A stretch of DNA of 64,000 nucleotides from Nymphaea colorata (GCF_008831285.2 NC_045138.2:25172001-25236000); one strand, 5' to 3'. Positions 27,549 through 42,113 are shown, counted from the first letter of the stretch. A program made the numbers and translations. The notes: generated by a model from the letters alone, not told the origin.

Positions 27549-30500
27549 GTTTGTGAAGACTGCCAAATTATGAAAATTAACCTGCTTAAGGAACGGTTCT
27601 CCTAGTGTATACGAGATTGTGTTTTGATCAAGGTTCCATGCTTCGGATTCCGTATTTTTCTTGGAAAGTTCTTGGGGGAGGAGCAACTTGGTGGCAGTGC
27701 CTTTTGAAGTTTCTTTAGAAGAAAATTGAAGTGAAAATTGGGAAAGGGGAGGTCTATTAGTGCCTTCTCCTAAAGGAATGGATCATTTGGTAAGAAAGGG
27801 ATGCACCAGGGGTCTGCTTTAACCATTCGCCAACAGAGTGAGATCAAAACCGATCAACCTCTTCACCAAATGCGTGACTGTTCTTGAGCTTCAATGCTGG
27901 CGAGCCCTTCATAGACATAATTCCACATCTATCACTGTCTATAGAACTTCTTATAAGGAGTTCTGTTCTATAATCTCAGCTCTAATCTAAATTATGATCC
28001 TCGGATTTGAGGTCTAGATATAATTCGACATTTGGTCCATGTAAAACTGAAAAACCGTGGAATTAAATCTTACCATGCTCAGGTGCTAGATCTTTTGTTT
28101 GATGAAGTCTGTAGACAATGCTGCGGCAATCCTGCTTCGTTGGCGAGTCTAGATTCTTGTTTTAAGACTGAAGGCATCAAACAGAACATCTTTTTCTCTC
28201 CTGGCAGCCTCCCATTTTGTGCTCGGGTCAATGCCCTCTTGTCATCGACGACAATGTTTCTTTTTCATCGACTTTTTGATGAAGCACCAGCCACTTAAAC
28301 TGTCCTTCAATCTGTTTTTGATGGTCGTTTCGATTTGGTTACTATAATCTAATCTTAACGAAAACACTAGTTCTGAAGTATACATGAGTATTTCAATTAA
28401 GATCTTCAGATGAAAAGAAGCTCAGAGATCAATACCCAAGTTAACGACCTTCAAGTGCGTGGAATTCCCTCAATTATTCCTGCCCTACCCACTGGAAAAC
28501 AGAATCTGAAGAAGTTTTGGCACGTAGCGGGCTTCGGCATTTGGGTGTCTTCACAAGTGGAGAACCACAGAAGGTTCTCAGAGAATGAAATTAGAGGGAT
28601 TCACCAACTGCGTATCATCCTGGAAAAGGAAATCTGAACACCCACTTTCTGAAACCTCCCTCAAGGGCTACGCCGCTACTGTGGTTGAGCGACTTAGTAA
28701 AGTGATGGGTGGCCATTTGGTCCCTACTCTTTCTTGATTCTTGTTCATAGGGTGTTATATACAAGTTTCTTCAGTGCCCTTCTCGAATACAATTAAAGAA
28801 GCAAACAAATAATGCAGCACTTGACATGTTAACCTCCTATAAGTATCGATCCCATGTGGTATGTTTCCTTCTTATAAGTTATTTCTAACAGAATCTTCTT
28901 ACTGTAACCTGCTGCAGTCATCATCAAACTGAGCTCCATGAGTTGATCAAGTAAGATCTGTATCAGATCCATGCTCAACTAGTTCAGCAGCTAACTTAAG
29001 CATCATCTGAGTCGTTTATCCGATAGCTCGAGCTTCCTGTGTATATGTATCACGAGCTACTTCATACATGCTCCATACTCCCTTGCTACATTGACATTTC
29101 CTGCTTGAGTTTTCATCTGAATTTGGAATAGAAATATCTATGGTGCATGCAGTAACTTCTTTTTGTGCTAGAGAAAAAAAAAAGATCATCATAATCTTAT
29201 AGGATATTCGGGGCCATAATGATATTTTGGAGAGTCATGAGCAACATTTGAATTGCATGACCACGGATCCTCCACATGCATAATATGTGGATTTGTATCC
29301 CAGGACTTATGTTTAGCCCTTCATTCTTCTACCAATCAATCACAATTAAAATTTTTTGTGGGGTTCACATCAAACTTGTGGACTGCTTTTCTCCTCATGT
29401 GGGTTGAAAGGCACCTGGTTTGTCTGCAAATAGCCACTTGCATAAGATCACAGAGCTGTAAATGTGAAAGAGGCACAGTTAAGACATCGTTTTCCATAAC
29501 TTAGATTCAAGGTCTAGGGCTATAGGCGTGGGCAATTGCCCACACAAACGAATAAAAAGCTTATTTTCATATTGACGCCCCTAGAAATACATATAAGACT
29601 GGCTTGCTGCTAACCAATATTGATACAACCAGCTTTGCCAATCCATTTCTATTTAGGATTTTTCTTTGACCTCATTCTGAAAAGTTTTTAGACCAACGGA
29701 AGTTCCAATTCCTATAAAAAGTTTTGTTCACCTTCAATCTTGATAGTTGGCATCCCTTTATTTTTCTTCTAATAGATGGCCACCTGGCTCGTTTCTTCCC
29801 ATTTGTGACCACTTGAAGATTCCTCACTTTTCCATTATAGGCAACTCAATTACACCAAGAATTAGGTCTCTCATTTTCTAGTATACGTTCTAATTAGGCG
29901 CATTCTTTTGCCGAAGGGTTCACATGCAAGTCTCATGGAACTTGGTCACAATTATGAAATGCTTCCTTTACAATCTTCATTTGCCTAACTATATTGGGTG
30001 CTTGGGCGTATGACCAAAATTCTTGCCAGTCTAAAATAAAGCGCTTTCTGTGTGATTGAATGTCTAATTATCATACTTCTGAATTTAGTTGTTGGTAATT
30101 AGTATGGTGTTATGTGTAGAACTATTCTTTTGGAAAAAAGACAATGGCAATTGATACTTGAACTTTGAAAAGTAACTTTACAAGTGGCATCTTGTAAACC
30201 ATCAACCGAGTTGATTAGACAATAATACATCAATTTATGACATGTATATATTCCCTCATAGGATCCATTCACTTGATATGATTTTATTTGGGACTTCTTT
30301 TTTATCTTTTTATTTCCATCTTTTGAATGTGTGTGGGCATTAGATCTATATAAGATTCTCACTAGACTGAGAACTATTTTCTTTTCTCCTTGAACGACCA
30401 AACATCAACAATATTCTGCCGGTTCCCAATAGACTCCTATGTAACTCCAAAATGAAGCCCATAAGGCTAAAAAATGTTCATGTCCAAAATCATGAAGCTG

Positions 30501-31384
30501 TATGAGAATTCGACAAGATATTATCCAAACTTTCCAATACTTCAGGTCGGTTCCATGTCGCATCTTGGATTTGCATTGATACCGAGTTTTTATTAGGATT
30601 TAGACCCATTTTGTTAACTGAAAGCCATTACATAGCTGAATATTACAAAATAATTAACAAGTCTGAATTTGATCCCAAAGCACACTTGGATCTTAACAAC
30701 AGATTTGGGTCTAATGTTCCAAAGAACATTCTAATAAATATGATCCAATTGCTTGGGTTACTTTAGGACAGGATATAGTTATTGTGTCAATAATAGCCAA
30801 CTTTGCAAGGAGGATTAAATCCGGTAACAAGGGGTATATTTCTAAATAAATATTGCACACCATCATTTGGTTATTGCAGTTATTTTCCTGAGAACTGGTC
30901 TCATGTACTACTAGTAACTAGTTAAAATTAACTTATATTTGTAATTTTTTTTTTCACTAAAAACAAAAATGTAGACTTTAATGTTCAGGTCAAATCGTGA
31001 TTTTCAACACGTAGATAAAGTTTTATAAGGGTCTGCATATTGACAAATGAGGCTACATTTAGGTCGTAAAAACTTGTAAATGTATCAAAATTTTTTGATG
31101 TAATCTTTATGTGGAATCTTATATTTTATGAGATGCAACTCATATTCACGCACATAATTAAGTTTATATCAAACTAGTTTTGAACATTGATTTCAAGCAA
31201 GGAATTGAAAACATTAAATTCAGTGAAGGAATTCGGCACTCGTGTGGCAAATATTATCCGGACGCATAAGTTGCACAACTGTTTTCGTGGCATTTTTGAG
31301 CGAATGATCAAACGCACTCCAGTTTGGCTTCACCCGGAGTCAACCGATGCATACCGTATCGGATTTTCACCCACGTGATAGGAG

Positions 31385-31750
31385 TAGGGCTGCACACGAG
31401 TCGAGTCGAGCCCAATTCTGGCTAGCTCGAGCTCGACTCAGCTCAAAAAAACTCGACCTCGAGCTCGGCTCGAATTCGAGTCGAGCTCCTTGTAGCAAGC
31501 TCGAGCTCAACTCGACTATACAAAATCAAGCTCAAAGTCGACTCGTTTAACCCATTTAACTCGTTTAGTATTAACTCGTTTAACTCATGTGAGCATTAAC
31601 TCATGTAACTTGTGAAAATTTGTTTTTGCCTTGAAAATTAAAACCAGTGATTCAGTGAACCGGTTTTAGCAATATTATATAGAGCACCAGTTTACGAGTC
31701 GAGTTGAGTATAAACGAGTCGAGTTCTTGAAACTGGAACTCGACTCATTT
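31385..31750. mobile_element. CTCGAG/GAGCTC-rich non-autonomous DNA transposon relic (hAT-like)
   Basis: Begins TAGGGCTGCACACGAGTCGAGTCGAG (TAGGG-type hAT terminus), followed by repeated gctcgagctcgactc units. The right boundary is uncertain. Confidence 0.5.
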
Positions 31751-32422
31751 ATCGTTTTTCAAGTATCTTCATAAGTTCAAACTCCAGCATGAGCTGAGTT
31801 TACTTAATGTGCAGGCGTAGACAAAAGATAATATATATATATTTTTTTAGCAATTCATAATCGATTAAGTCGAAAGGGGATTATTCTTCAAATTGCCAGG
31901 CTGATCCAATTCAATGTATGATTTTCACAATGCATGTCAGGTCGCTTTCTCAATAACGTGAAACTCTACATAGAGCAACTTTTAGAAGCAGTAACACTGC
32001 TGTCATAAGACTCATAAAGAGGCTTGAATGGATCGTCATTCGTCAGACGAGCTGAAAGAGAAAAAAGAAATTCTGTTCTTGGTATCCCAGAACTATGAAA
32101 TCAATCCCCTCTGAATTTCTAAAAAATTTAAAACTATATGTACATATTTTTTGAAAGAACCTTCATATTTCCTTAAAATTTGTGCAAAAGATACATGAAC
32201 AGTTTCCTCTTAAAATATCTTTTTGAACTTTTTATAAAAATGCACTATCAAATGCTGGTGGTGACAAAAATGCATGTAAATATACATTTCGTTAGCCAAC
32301 TCTCTGCCTGCTAACCAATTTAAACAGTTAATGAAAGAAATCAAAACTTAACATGTTTCTGTTACTCCACCAAATGATTTCCTTTAAAGGGCTGGGCCAC
32401 TGCAAATGAGCTGTGAATAGCC

Positions 32423-32868
32423 TAGAGATGTCAATGGATATTCAGACCAAATTGCTTAAAAAAGTCAAAATATGAAATAAAACTTAACATCTGATTAACG
32501 GATCGAATTGTATTCGAATCTAAGAACATGACATCAAAGCAAATTTGGTTTTGGTTAAAAAAATAAGTATCATATTAGCTTCAGATACGCTTTCAAAGTA
32601 GGATTTAGTCTCATGTGAATATCCTATATCTAATATCTATACATTTTGAAATTCGGTTCTTAACATATTACAACATGCGCTTCAAATTCAAAATTCGGAT
32701 GTGAAGATAAAAGCCAGATCTAGATCGTACTTCAGACTTTAAATGTAAAAAAGTTGCATAGTATATATTTTCCTTCATTCGCTTGAAATCCGAAATTAAA
32801 TATGTGAACATCCGATAAATCGGATATGGTAAAAGGCACATTCAATTCAAATCCAATCGACATATACC
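32423..32868. mobile_element. Degenerate copy of the same hAT-like MITE family
   Basis: Starts TAGAGATGTCAATGGATATTC. Its 3' part (cgaaattaaatatgtgaacatccgataaatcggatatggtaaaaggcacattcaattcaaatcc) aligns by eye with 61862-61925. Confidence 0.5.
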
Positions 32869-35094
32869 CAATTAGAGAGCGGCAGACTAGACTTTTCTGC
32901 AATGAGGATTAATGTGGTATGACCCCAAAAGAGGCTCATTCAATGACACGGTAACACTTCAATAGCAAGCAACCACAACCTTAACCTCTACCAGAGATGC
33001 CTATCGGTGGGCAACAGGGTTCCAGACCAGACAAACACTGGACAAGAGCCAGAGTCCGGACTCTGCAGACACTGTACCCCACAAGCTTCTCCTGTCAAAC
33101 CCTAGAGGCTTTTCCTTCACGGCTCAACTGTCCTTTAAGTGGGCGGTTTTTGGAATGTTTAGGGAGAAACAGCTACTATTTTGTAGCAAACAGTAAGGGC
33201 GTACCTCCCATTTGAAAGTGAAGCCCCTCAGCCATGGATGATGGAGTCTGCCTCATTTAATTAAGACAGGTGCAACCATGTTCAGTTGCGAAGTTAATGA
33301 GGCCGCGGCCAGAGAGATCTTTGTCAAGAATATCAGAGCAGAAGGGCATTTAGTAAGAGCAGTAAACCGCCATTAATGGCAGCAAGTACCATTCGCCTTC
33401 CCAATTTACTGCCTTTCTCTAAATGGTCCTCCTTGGACTCACATGGCTCCCTTGGATATGGTTATTGGTTGGCCCTCACCGCCTGCTGCCCATGAATCCT
33501 CCCTTTGGATTAACTGTCCATAACGCTTCTTCTTCACCTGCAAAAGGACTGTAAAACGGGGTTGCCCACCTGAAGAAATTGAATATCTCATACATCATTT
33601 GTGTATATACATTTTAGAGCTAGTTGATAACATTAGAGAATTATCATAGTATCTTCAAAGTATCTCCAATGATATATACTGTCATAACCCGCTGCGGATT
33701 TTATGCTGCCTTGGATGACAGCCAAATAGGTTTTGTATAGTAAAGTATAAGAAAGAACGCATGCATCACAAAAGCAGAAAAAAGAAAAACTTGATCCTCT
33801 AAGAAGGGTAGGATACCTAGCTCTTCTTTCTTTAATGAATAGGAACCTTCGAGTTACCAGACTTCTTAATGATCTGGCTCCCATATATTTAAAAATCAAT
33901 ATGTCATTCATGAATATTTTGCTTTGCCACAATGCACAAGTACTTGTGAACATTCACCTTGTGCAGTACATGCAGTAAAGTTTAAGCGAACTCGGGAGTA
34001 CTGTAGAATTCTACATGCAAATTTATTTGTAAACATATGCTACAGTTGCGCAAAAAAATGTCGTTCTTTGCCCAAATCATGATGAAAACGGACGTTTAAA
34101 TTAGCGTTGATCATGACAAAGATTAAATTAGCATTTTGATTAAGATTTTCCAGTGTCTAATAGCGGGACAATGATCGCTCAACCATTCAATTAGGTGGGT
34201 TAAGATGGACACATAAAAACCATCAGAAGTTTGGTTGAATGTAATTAGTTAGATGCATGTTAGGAAGTGGGCACATCGAGTCCGATCGTTGTTAGGCTTT
34301 GATTGGGATGCTTAAACTATAGAATCATTGAGAAGTATGATGTCAAATCATTGGATTAGCATATGGAATTAGTTTTACTATACATTATTAATTTTAATAA
34401 GTGTTTTGATTTTTTTTTTCATTTTCATGTTTTTGCATCCTTTAATTGTTTGCTAAATTCAAACTTTTTAATATTTCTTAAATAAATAGTGAGTTTGTCC
34501 AATACCTTGAAAGACAATTGAATTCAAAAACAGAGATTGATATACTTTACGGTCATTGCATTCTCCTGTTTAAAATAAAACATAATTTGACATAACAATT
34601 TGGCTCTTTAGAACGGGTGAAATTGTAGGAGTTACTTTGCCATACTAGGAATGGCTCGCTATAGTGTTCTTGAAGAAAGGTTCCCTTTGAGAAAAGAAAT
34701 CCATATTAATTAATTGAAACGGAAGAAATCAATTGCTTTCACTAACAAAGAAAAATCCATATTAATTTCAGAGATTGGTTCCTGCATTTCCCACGTCCCA
34801 TTATTTACGAGCTTTTCGAGAATTATCCACTTGAGTGTTTCTTTATGAAGAAAACGGGCACTAAGCGAATAGATTCGTCAAGTTTGATCTTCTGTACAAA
34901 CTAATCTTTTGGACTATATTTTCTCAATGAGGTACACAATCTTTTGATTCTGAAAAAGGAAAAATACAGATGTGGATTTTGTTTTTCACTTGCAAATCGT
35001 GCATCGGATCAGATTCCGCCATTGAAGTGTCCTAGACGAACCTTGCCAATTGTATTCCCAGATTCTATTTTTGTTGGAGATGGATTGCAACAAT

Positions 35095-35097
<3 letters not shown>

Positions 35098-35148
<51 letters not shown>
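35098..35148. repeat. (AT)n microsatellite, representative of many (AT)n/(AG)n tracts in the window
   Basis: About 25 AT units. Other long tracts lie near 7238, 7378, 23130, 27510, 47389, 54662 and 59281. Confidence 0.95.
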
Positions 35149-35151
<3 letters not shown>

Positions 35152-36713
35152 ACCACAGTAATGTATTTAATCACTTCTGCTCCATCCAATACATCAGAAG
35201 GAAGATGGCCCAAGGATTTCAGTTCCTGTACATATGGATGTGGTACCTTTGCCAAAATTTAAGCTGCTTTTGGATTAAAAAATGGCAGTTTTTAGTGAAA
35301 TTTAAGAACACCATGCGGATTATGAATTGGCCAATTTTGTAACTTTCAATCAATGGGCAATTTAAACTGACCGAAAGGATAACACTAATTCAATTCAAAT
35401 TAGTGAAAAAAATAAAAAAGATGAACAATTATTGATTGGATAACCAACCCAGGCTGGCCTACAACCTGGTTCCGGTCAGCCTATCATCAGAAATTAATAA
35501 GAACCGTCTGCTTATGTCCCAACCACTAAGCCTAGGGCCCAACTGGGCTGGGTGAGGCCGGCAGCGGCGGTGGCGGCAGTGGCGGCAGCATGTTCCCGCC
35601 TCCTAATTGATGCTATGCCATTATTGGCAGTCCCAAAACCTAAATTGACCAAAACATTTCATTACTAATGCCAAAGAAAATTGAAGAATGAAGTTTTGTC
35701 TTTTTACACATGCTCAAGCTATGTTAGAGAAGGAGTGTGATTGTATGGTGGAAGACAGAGGACAATGTTCCCCCAACATAAAGCATCAGCAGAGGACAGA
35801 CAATGGCATATGAGAGAACAGAGGGAGTGGGCCCAGCCATTGCCCAAGCCCTTGCTTCTGCTGATGTTTTTGTTGAAGAAGACAGTGATGGAAGGAAAGG
35901 GAGGAGGAAGCATGATGTTTGCTGCCACACTCTGCTGTGCTGCAGGAAAAAGAAGAGAAAGACAACAAGGGGAAAGAACTGTTGAAGCCTTCCAAGGCAG
36001 CCTAGCCATACATAGCTAAGCTAGTTGTAGGGGGGAAAAGATAGTGATATGTATATATATATATATAAGATACAGACAAGGATTCCTATGAAAAGAAAGG
36101 CCTTGCTTGATATATAGAAGCTCTCAATTATCATCGAATTGGGAATTGCCCAAACACTTTAACCCTCCTCTTTTTCTTTACTTTTTTTCACTGCAGATGA
36201 TCCTGGTTGGATGCACTCTTCAACTAAGACAATAAATGGTAACTAGCAATATAGAATGCAAGTGGCTCCTCTGCAAGCAGAGAGAGAGAGAGAGAGAGAG
36301 AGAGTAATTGGATTAGATTTTTGCTGTGAAACTGCATACTGAATTTCTTTACCAGATGCAGTAGAAATCAGATCTATTGTATGATCTTTTGAAGGATCAC
36401 ATTTCTGGTTCTATGTGTGCGTCGGTAAGATGCACTGCTTTTCGTGAACCTAACGGGGTAGGTGGATGTTGGAACACTCGTTTCATTGGTTTGCCGCTTT
36501 CCTTCCTCGTTAAAAAAAAAAGTGACGCCATGAGTTATTTCTCACAAATGCACCACCATCTACACAGCGTTACTGTATCGTTAGACTGCCACCTGAAAAA
36601 GCGTGCCTTCACCAATTTCTTTGCTAAATCCCGTGTACAACAACCGCATCTCTTTTCTCTTCTCTTGCTCTGCTTAGAGGACATTTTAAAGGTAAAATGT
36701 CAGTTATTAAATA

Positions 36714-37061
36714 AGAAGGGAAGCGACCTAACTAGAAAGTAATGCCCTTAAATTGAAGGGCTAGGGTTACTGTCACCTTTCAATGTATTATTATTTATTT
36801 TAACACAACATCTAGTTGAATGATGTATTATGGCTTTAAGGAGCATAGTGTAGCTGGTCGAGATAGAGGCCAGTATAAAGATAGAAGGGAAGCGACCTAA
36901 CTAGAAAGTAATGCCCTTACATTGAAGGGGCCTTATATTTTATGGTTACTGTCACGTTTCGATGCATTATTATTTATTTTAGCACAACACCGAGTTGAAT
37001 GATGTATTGTGGTTTTAAGGGGCATAGTGTAGCTGGTCGAGATAGAGGCCTCTATAAAGAT
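36714..37061. repeat. About 170-bp imperfect tandem duplication
   Basis: Units 36714-36882 and 36883-37061 both read agaaggg(g)aagcgacctaactagaaagtaatgccctta...gcatagtgtagctggtcgagatagaggcc..tataaagat. Confidence 0.85.
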
Positions 37062-37220
37062 AGATCTTTTATTCGATTCTGGTAGGTGTTATGTTCTTGT
37101 GTCTTAAGGTGGTAGGGCGCGACATCCAAGTTAAAGGGTGCACCATTGCTATCGCTGACATTGACGCAGCTCAGCATCTTAAAAGCAAGGGAAATAGAGA
37201 GACCTTCGAGCCTTTTTTAG
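37019..37220 (+). mobile_element. Degenerate tRNA-headed, SINE-like dispersed repeat
   Basis: Head GGGGCATAGTGTAGCTGG (A-box-like) ... ATTCGATTC (B-box-like). The body AAGTTAAAGGGTGCACCATTGCTATCGC matches the reverse complement of 45155-45184. Confidence 0.4.
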
Positions 37221-38646
37221 GACAGTAGGATTAATACATCTTGCTCACTTGAAAGATGTATTGTGGATCCATATAGATCCTCAAGCAATTCATAAACCCT
37301 AAAAAGTGTAATGGTAGCTGAATAGTATAAATATAGAAATTACTTCTAGACTGAAATAGATTTAGAGAACTTGAATTGCCATATTAGATCGTCATTATTA
37401 TAATAAATGATGAGAATTCGTGGGTGGTTGCATGCAAGAATGATTTGATTAGAACAACTAATTGAGAGGTATAAGCATATCGGGATCGGCCACCCACATT
37501 CAAACACGGGGGATACTGGAGCCATCTCGAGCCCACTCGCGACCGGACCAACCTAGCCGGACCGGGTTTCATTCCAAGGTGTGTGTTCTGAGCAAGAGGT
37601 TGCCGGAAACATAATCTAATTGATAGCAAAAGACCCGAAAAGAAGGAGCAGGGGGTCGCAGGTGGTCCCTTCGTATGCTTGCCCTTTAGGAAAAGGACCC
37701 CTCCGTCTTCGGATCCTAAACAAAAAGGCCGATGGATCCGATCCGTTTGCCTGGTCAAAAAACATTAAAGCTGGGTTGGGTCCGACAAGAAGCAGACGCG
37801 ATAGATAAAGATTGGGTTCATCGGTTTTTAATCGGCAGCGGGGAAGAAAAGCAACGGTGCGATTTCGACCGTACGATGGTAGCTGCCAAAAGAATCGACG
37901 GTGTCAGATCCGACGCTTCTTATTGGTCGTCAAAAAGGATCGTTTTCGCGAACCCCCACACCAAGGCGAGCCAAAGACTCTTTAGTCTCTATAAGCGCCA
38001 ACCAGCTTTCTCTCTCTCTAAGTTGGTGTTCCATCACCTTGCAAAAGGTTTCTTCAGGGTCTAGTTCTAGAGCTTGAGTCATAGATCATCTACAGCTTTC
38101 TCTCTGTAAGTTGGTGTTGTGATTACCTCTAATCAAACATCGGCAAGATGCTCGCGGTTTCAAATTTTTACCAAAGAATTCGCCTTAAAAGATGACCCTT
38201 CCTTTTTCTACAGTTCACGCATACCGATCTTCTTCTCGTTAGGAACGCATGATCTTCCACCTTCACTCCCATCGAAAAAGAAAAGCTCTCTTCCTCTCTC
38301 TACGTAAGACTACGACCCATCAAAGGTTTCATCTCCTTCATACAGAGTAGCGACGCTTGGATTTCTCTACTGCCTTTCTCTCTCTGTCTCTGTATTGCCA
38401 TGATCATGGATTCTCTCTCTCTGTCTCTCTCTCTGAATTATAACCAATCATAACTCCTTCTTCCTCTCTGAGAAACCCTGTTAAGACTTTCTCTCTAGAA
38501 ACGGTGGGAGTTTACTTTTGTACACGTCTCGCTCATGCATACTATTACTGCACTGCTTTGATGTAGCTCCTCAACGGCACCAGAGGCCGCCTCTCCTTTT
38601 CTTCTCTTCCCCGCTGCTAACAGCATCACCACCGCCGGAAGGCACA

Positions 38647-41600
38647 ATGGCCAGCTCTCCGCCTGAAGCATTCTCGCATAGCCCCGTCCACTACGCTGTT
38701 GCTCTTTCCGACCACTCCCGCCTCTCTTCTATTCTCTCCAGGCTCCCCCGTCTCCGCCTTCCTTCCGTCCTTCTCTCCGAGGCTGAGTCTATCGCCGAGG
38801 ACGCCCGCGCTGAAGCCATCTCCGCGGTCGTCGACCGCCGTGATGGCGTTCCAGGCCGCCTCACCCCTCTCCACCTCGCCGTTGCCCGTGGCGACGTCGT
38901 CTCTGTCCGTCTCCTCGTCGCAGCTGGTGCGGACCCCTCTCTTCAGGACGCCCGCGGGTGGAACGCCCTCCAGGAGTCCGTCTGCCGCCGGCGTGACGAG
39001 ATGACTGGCATCCTGGTCCGCCACCACCAGGCCTCCGCCTGGGCTAAGTGGCGCCGCCGCCTGCCGCTGCTCGTCGCCGCTCTCCGCCGGATGCGCGACT
39101 TCTACATGGAGCTTTCCTTCCACTTCGAGAGCTCCCTTGTCCCCTTCCTCAACCGCGTCGCCCCCTCGGACACCTACCGCGTCTGGAAGCGCGACGCCGA
39201 TCTCCGGGCAGACACCACCATCTCTGGCTTCGATGGCCTAAAGACCCACCGTTCGGACCAGTCATTCCTCTTCCTCGGGGACGGAACCGGGGCTGGACCA
39301 GGCGGCAATTCGGTGCCCCCCGGTTCACTCCTCCTGCTGGACCATGAAAACAGGGATATCGTTGACGCGTTGGAAAATGCCAGCACGCCTCCGTCGGTCG
39401 CTGAGGAGGCCGCTTTCCGCTCGCAGTCCGCTGTCTTCCGACCGGGAATGGACGTCACGCGAGCTGAGCTCGTTAGCCGCCTAAATTGGCGCCGGCAGGA
39501 GAGGACTGAGATGGTTGGTCCATGGAAGGCTCGGCTCTTTGACGTTCACAATGTTTCCTTCAGCTTCAAGACCAGGAAGGTTGAGGAAGACGATTTTCAT
39601 GTCTCTCCGTTGGAGTTCATTGAGGACACTGACGATGATGGGTTCCTGGTGGCCGAGAATCCGGACGTGGGCCGCCGAAGAAACAGCAGCTACGAGCAGG
39701 GGGAGCGCATTCCAGTCGACAAGGGCTTCGCCAAAGGGAGGAGGAGCGTGGACGTGTCGTTTCTCAGCAAGCCCTTGCCGGCGAAAACAGGGAGGAAGGT
39801 GGCTGAGGAATGCATTAAAGAGAGCGAGTACAAGAAGAGCCTGAGGCCTTGCATTTGGCTTACTGACCAGTTCCCCCTGAAAACAGAGGAATTGCTGCCT
39901 TTGTTGGATATACTGGCCAACAAGGTGAAGGCTGTGAGGAGACTCAGGGAATTGCTCACAACTAAGCTTCCACCGGGGACTTTCCCTGTGAAGGTATACA
40001 TTTATCATCCAAATTTCTTAGTTATACATAAGGTTGAGATATTGTAAGCCCAATATGATTTTGAAGATTCTTGAGGTTTTAGTGTTAAATGCAGAGGCCT
40101 TGTTACTTTCTGGTTTTTCTGGGTTTTGGTTTTTTATTCAAGTGGATCTGTCTTGAGGGCTTGCCCTAGCAGAATGAAGACCCAGATGAGATCAGGATGC
40201 TTTTATTCGGTAGCGACACCCATGTTGAACCCTCAAACATGTGCTACGGGCCCAGAGAACATACGGAAACTGGTTTGATCTGTGGGGGGTTGTGGAACTT
40301 GTGAGGGAGGACCTTGCCAAGTTTGATTAGGTGAAGCTAGTACTTGTCCAAGTTAGGAGCATGGGCACCAAGAAATGTTATCGGAATTTTCTCTGCATCG
40401 ATGGTCAGAAGCGAACTAGTCTGACTCGGATTGAGTACTTTGTTCTTCGATGTTGCCGTGCAAGTAACCCCAAAATTTGTTATTAAGCAACTGTGCTTGC
40501 GCTTTGGTTTGTTTTTTTCTGAGGTGCTGCTTGTTAAAAGTCTCAAGAATAGCAGATTGGTTGATGGTTTCTTTTCTGTTCTCTTTGCTGCTGTCATGAC
40601 AATATGATTCCTCTCTTGAGTAACCGAGTGAACTCTGTGAAGTGCTGTCATAAATTATTTGGTTAGCATCCAGGAGGACGTGGAATTAGTAAAAGTGTTT
40701 TTTTTTTTCTTTTGGTTTGTTTCATTTGATATCTGGCTGCTAACTGCTTCCTGAATACCAACATCCATTTTATTTGCCTGACCCTTATAATGCACCAGCC
40801 ATGCATTCTGACTTCTTTGCATATGAGCATGTGTCCGTTAAAAATAGACCAGAAAAAGATGGAGAGACTCTCAAGCAAGGAATACTCCGGAGTCAATATC
40901 GTTGTGGTTGGATCTGGAGCCTACGTTCATGGAGACAAAGTCAATATATGTTTTTCTTGTTGGCTTGCTTACATTTTTTTTTTCATCTTTACACTATTCA
41001 CCTTCTTCTTGGCATAACTGATGTTACTCTTTAGCGGTTAATGCTAAGAGGAAAATTAACAGATGTTACAACAGTACTGATTACACCGGCTCCTCCTTAT
41101 CATGTCCACAGTCCTTTGTTTCTGCACCTGAATATTGTTAGCAATCAATATTATGTTCCTACATTCTTGGTGATTGATTGTAGATCCTTTGTGGCTGATC
41201 CTGAGTCACAAAAGTATTTGCAAGCAATCCAGCTTTATCTATTATTTGAATTTGAACTGTATTTTGCTGTGTCTATACTGGCCAGTGGCTATGATGAGAT
41301 GGCACGTACGAGTCCTTTTATCATCTTAGCAATTCCAATTTTTATTTTGACTTCAGTTTCTGACCAATTCACGTCGGTATCGTATTTGTGAGTGCGTTGA
41401 TTCTGGCTGTTTTATTAACTGCAATGGTGCGATGATGCAGGTTTCTATTCCTGTGGTTCCTACTGTAAGAGTTGTGATCACGTTTACAAAGTTTGAGGAC
41501 CTTCCTCCAGTAGATCAGTTCTTCACTCCACTGTCAAGCCCCTCACTGTTCCACACTTCAAAAGATGAGGATGAGCATGTCCAGGATTCATCTTGGAATT

Positions 41601-41782
41601 CCTGGTTACGGCGTCCTAGTAATGGTGTTGTTTCTCGTTCTGTTAACCGGAAAACCATGCCCATCAAACCATGTGAGCAAGATCCCTTTGCTATACCAGC
41701 CAATTATGTATGGGCTACCATTGCAGATATCAAAAGGCGCAGGACAAAAGAGAAGAAACCAAAGTTGAAGAAGGCAAAATAA
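38647..41782 (+). CDS. Ankyrin repeat / GPCR-chaperone domain protein (ANKRD13-like), about 562 aa, 2 exons
   Basis: Exon 1 38647-39993 (AAG|GTATAC) and exon 2 41441-41782 (GCAG|GTT). Ankyrin motifs SPVHYAV, TPLHLAV...GADPSLQDARGWNALQE, then MRDFYMELSFHFESS, APSDTYRVWKR, LRADTT, FPLKTEELLPLLDILANKVKAVRRLRELLTTKLPPGTFPVK|VSIPVVPTVRVVITFTKF and DPFAIP. Confidence 0.92.
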
Positions 41783-42081
41783 GCAGCCATATCTGGCATC
41801 TAATGTGTACATACTACATATAGTGCTCGCACTTTCTGTATTTGGACTCCCAGCAATCTTGGTGATTTCTTAGCTTGGCCAATACCAAACTGGCCTGTGG
41901 CATGAGGCAAGGATCAAGGTTGGTTGGCGTGCCAGAGGAAGACGATGGGCGCTTTGTAGAAGATGGTCGTTGCAAGAGCCAAATCTTTTCCAAAGGTGGA
42001 GCTGTTTGATTAATATAATCTCAACCTTCAGTATGTAGTAAAGTAAATCCTTCTGCAGCATCCCTAGTATGGCGATCCTAA

Positions 42082-42113
<32 letters not shown>

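Noticed and set aside
35841..35935. Resemblance to a miR164 target mimic (plus strand) and to ENOD40 region I (minus strand)
   Set aside because: Too many mismatches to miR164, including near the miRNA 5' end; no in-frame W-x4-HGS peptide and no ENOD40 region II motif.
37019..37095. Possible tRNA gene
   Set aside because: A- and B-box-like words are present, but no cloverleaf or acceptor stem can be drawn; kept only as a SINE-like head.
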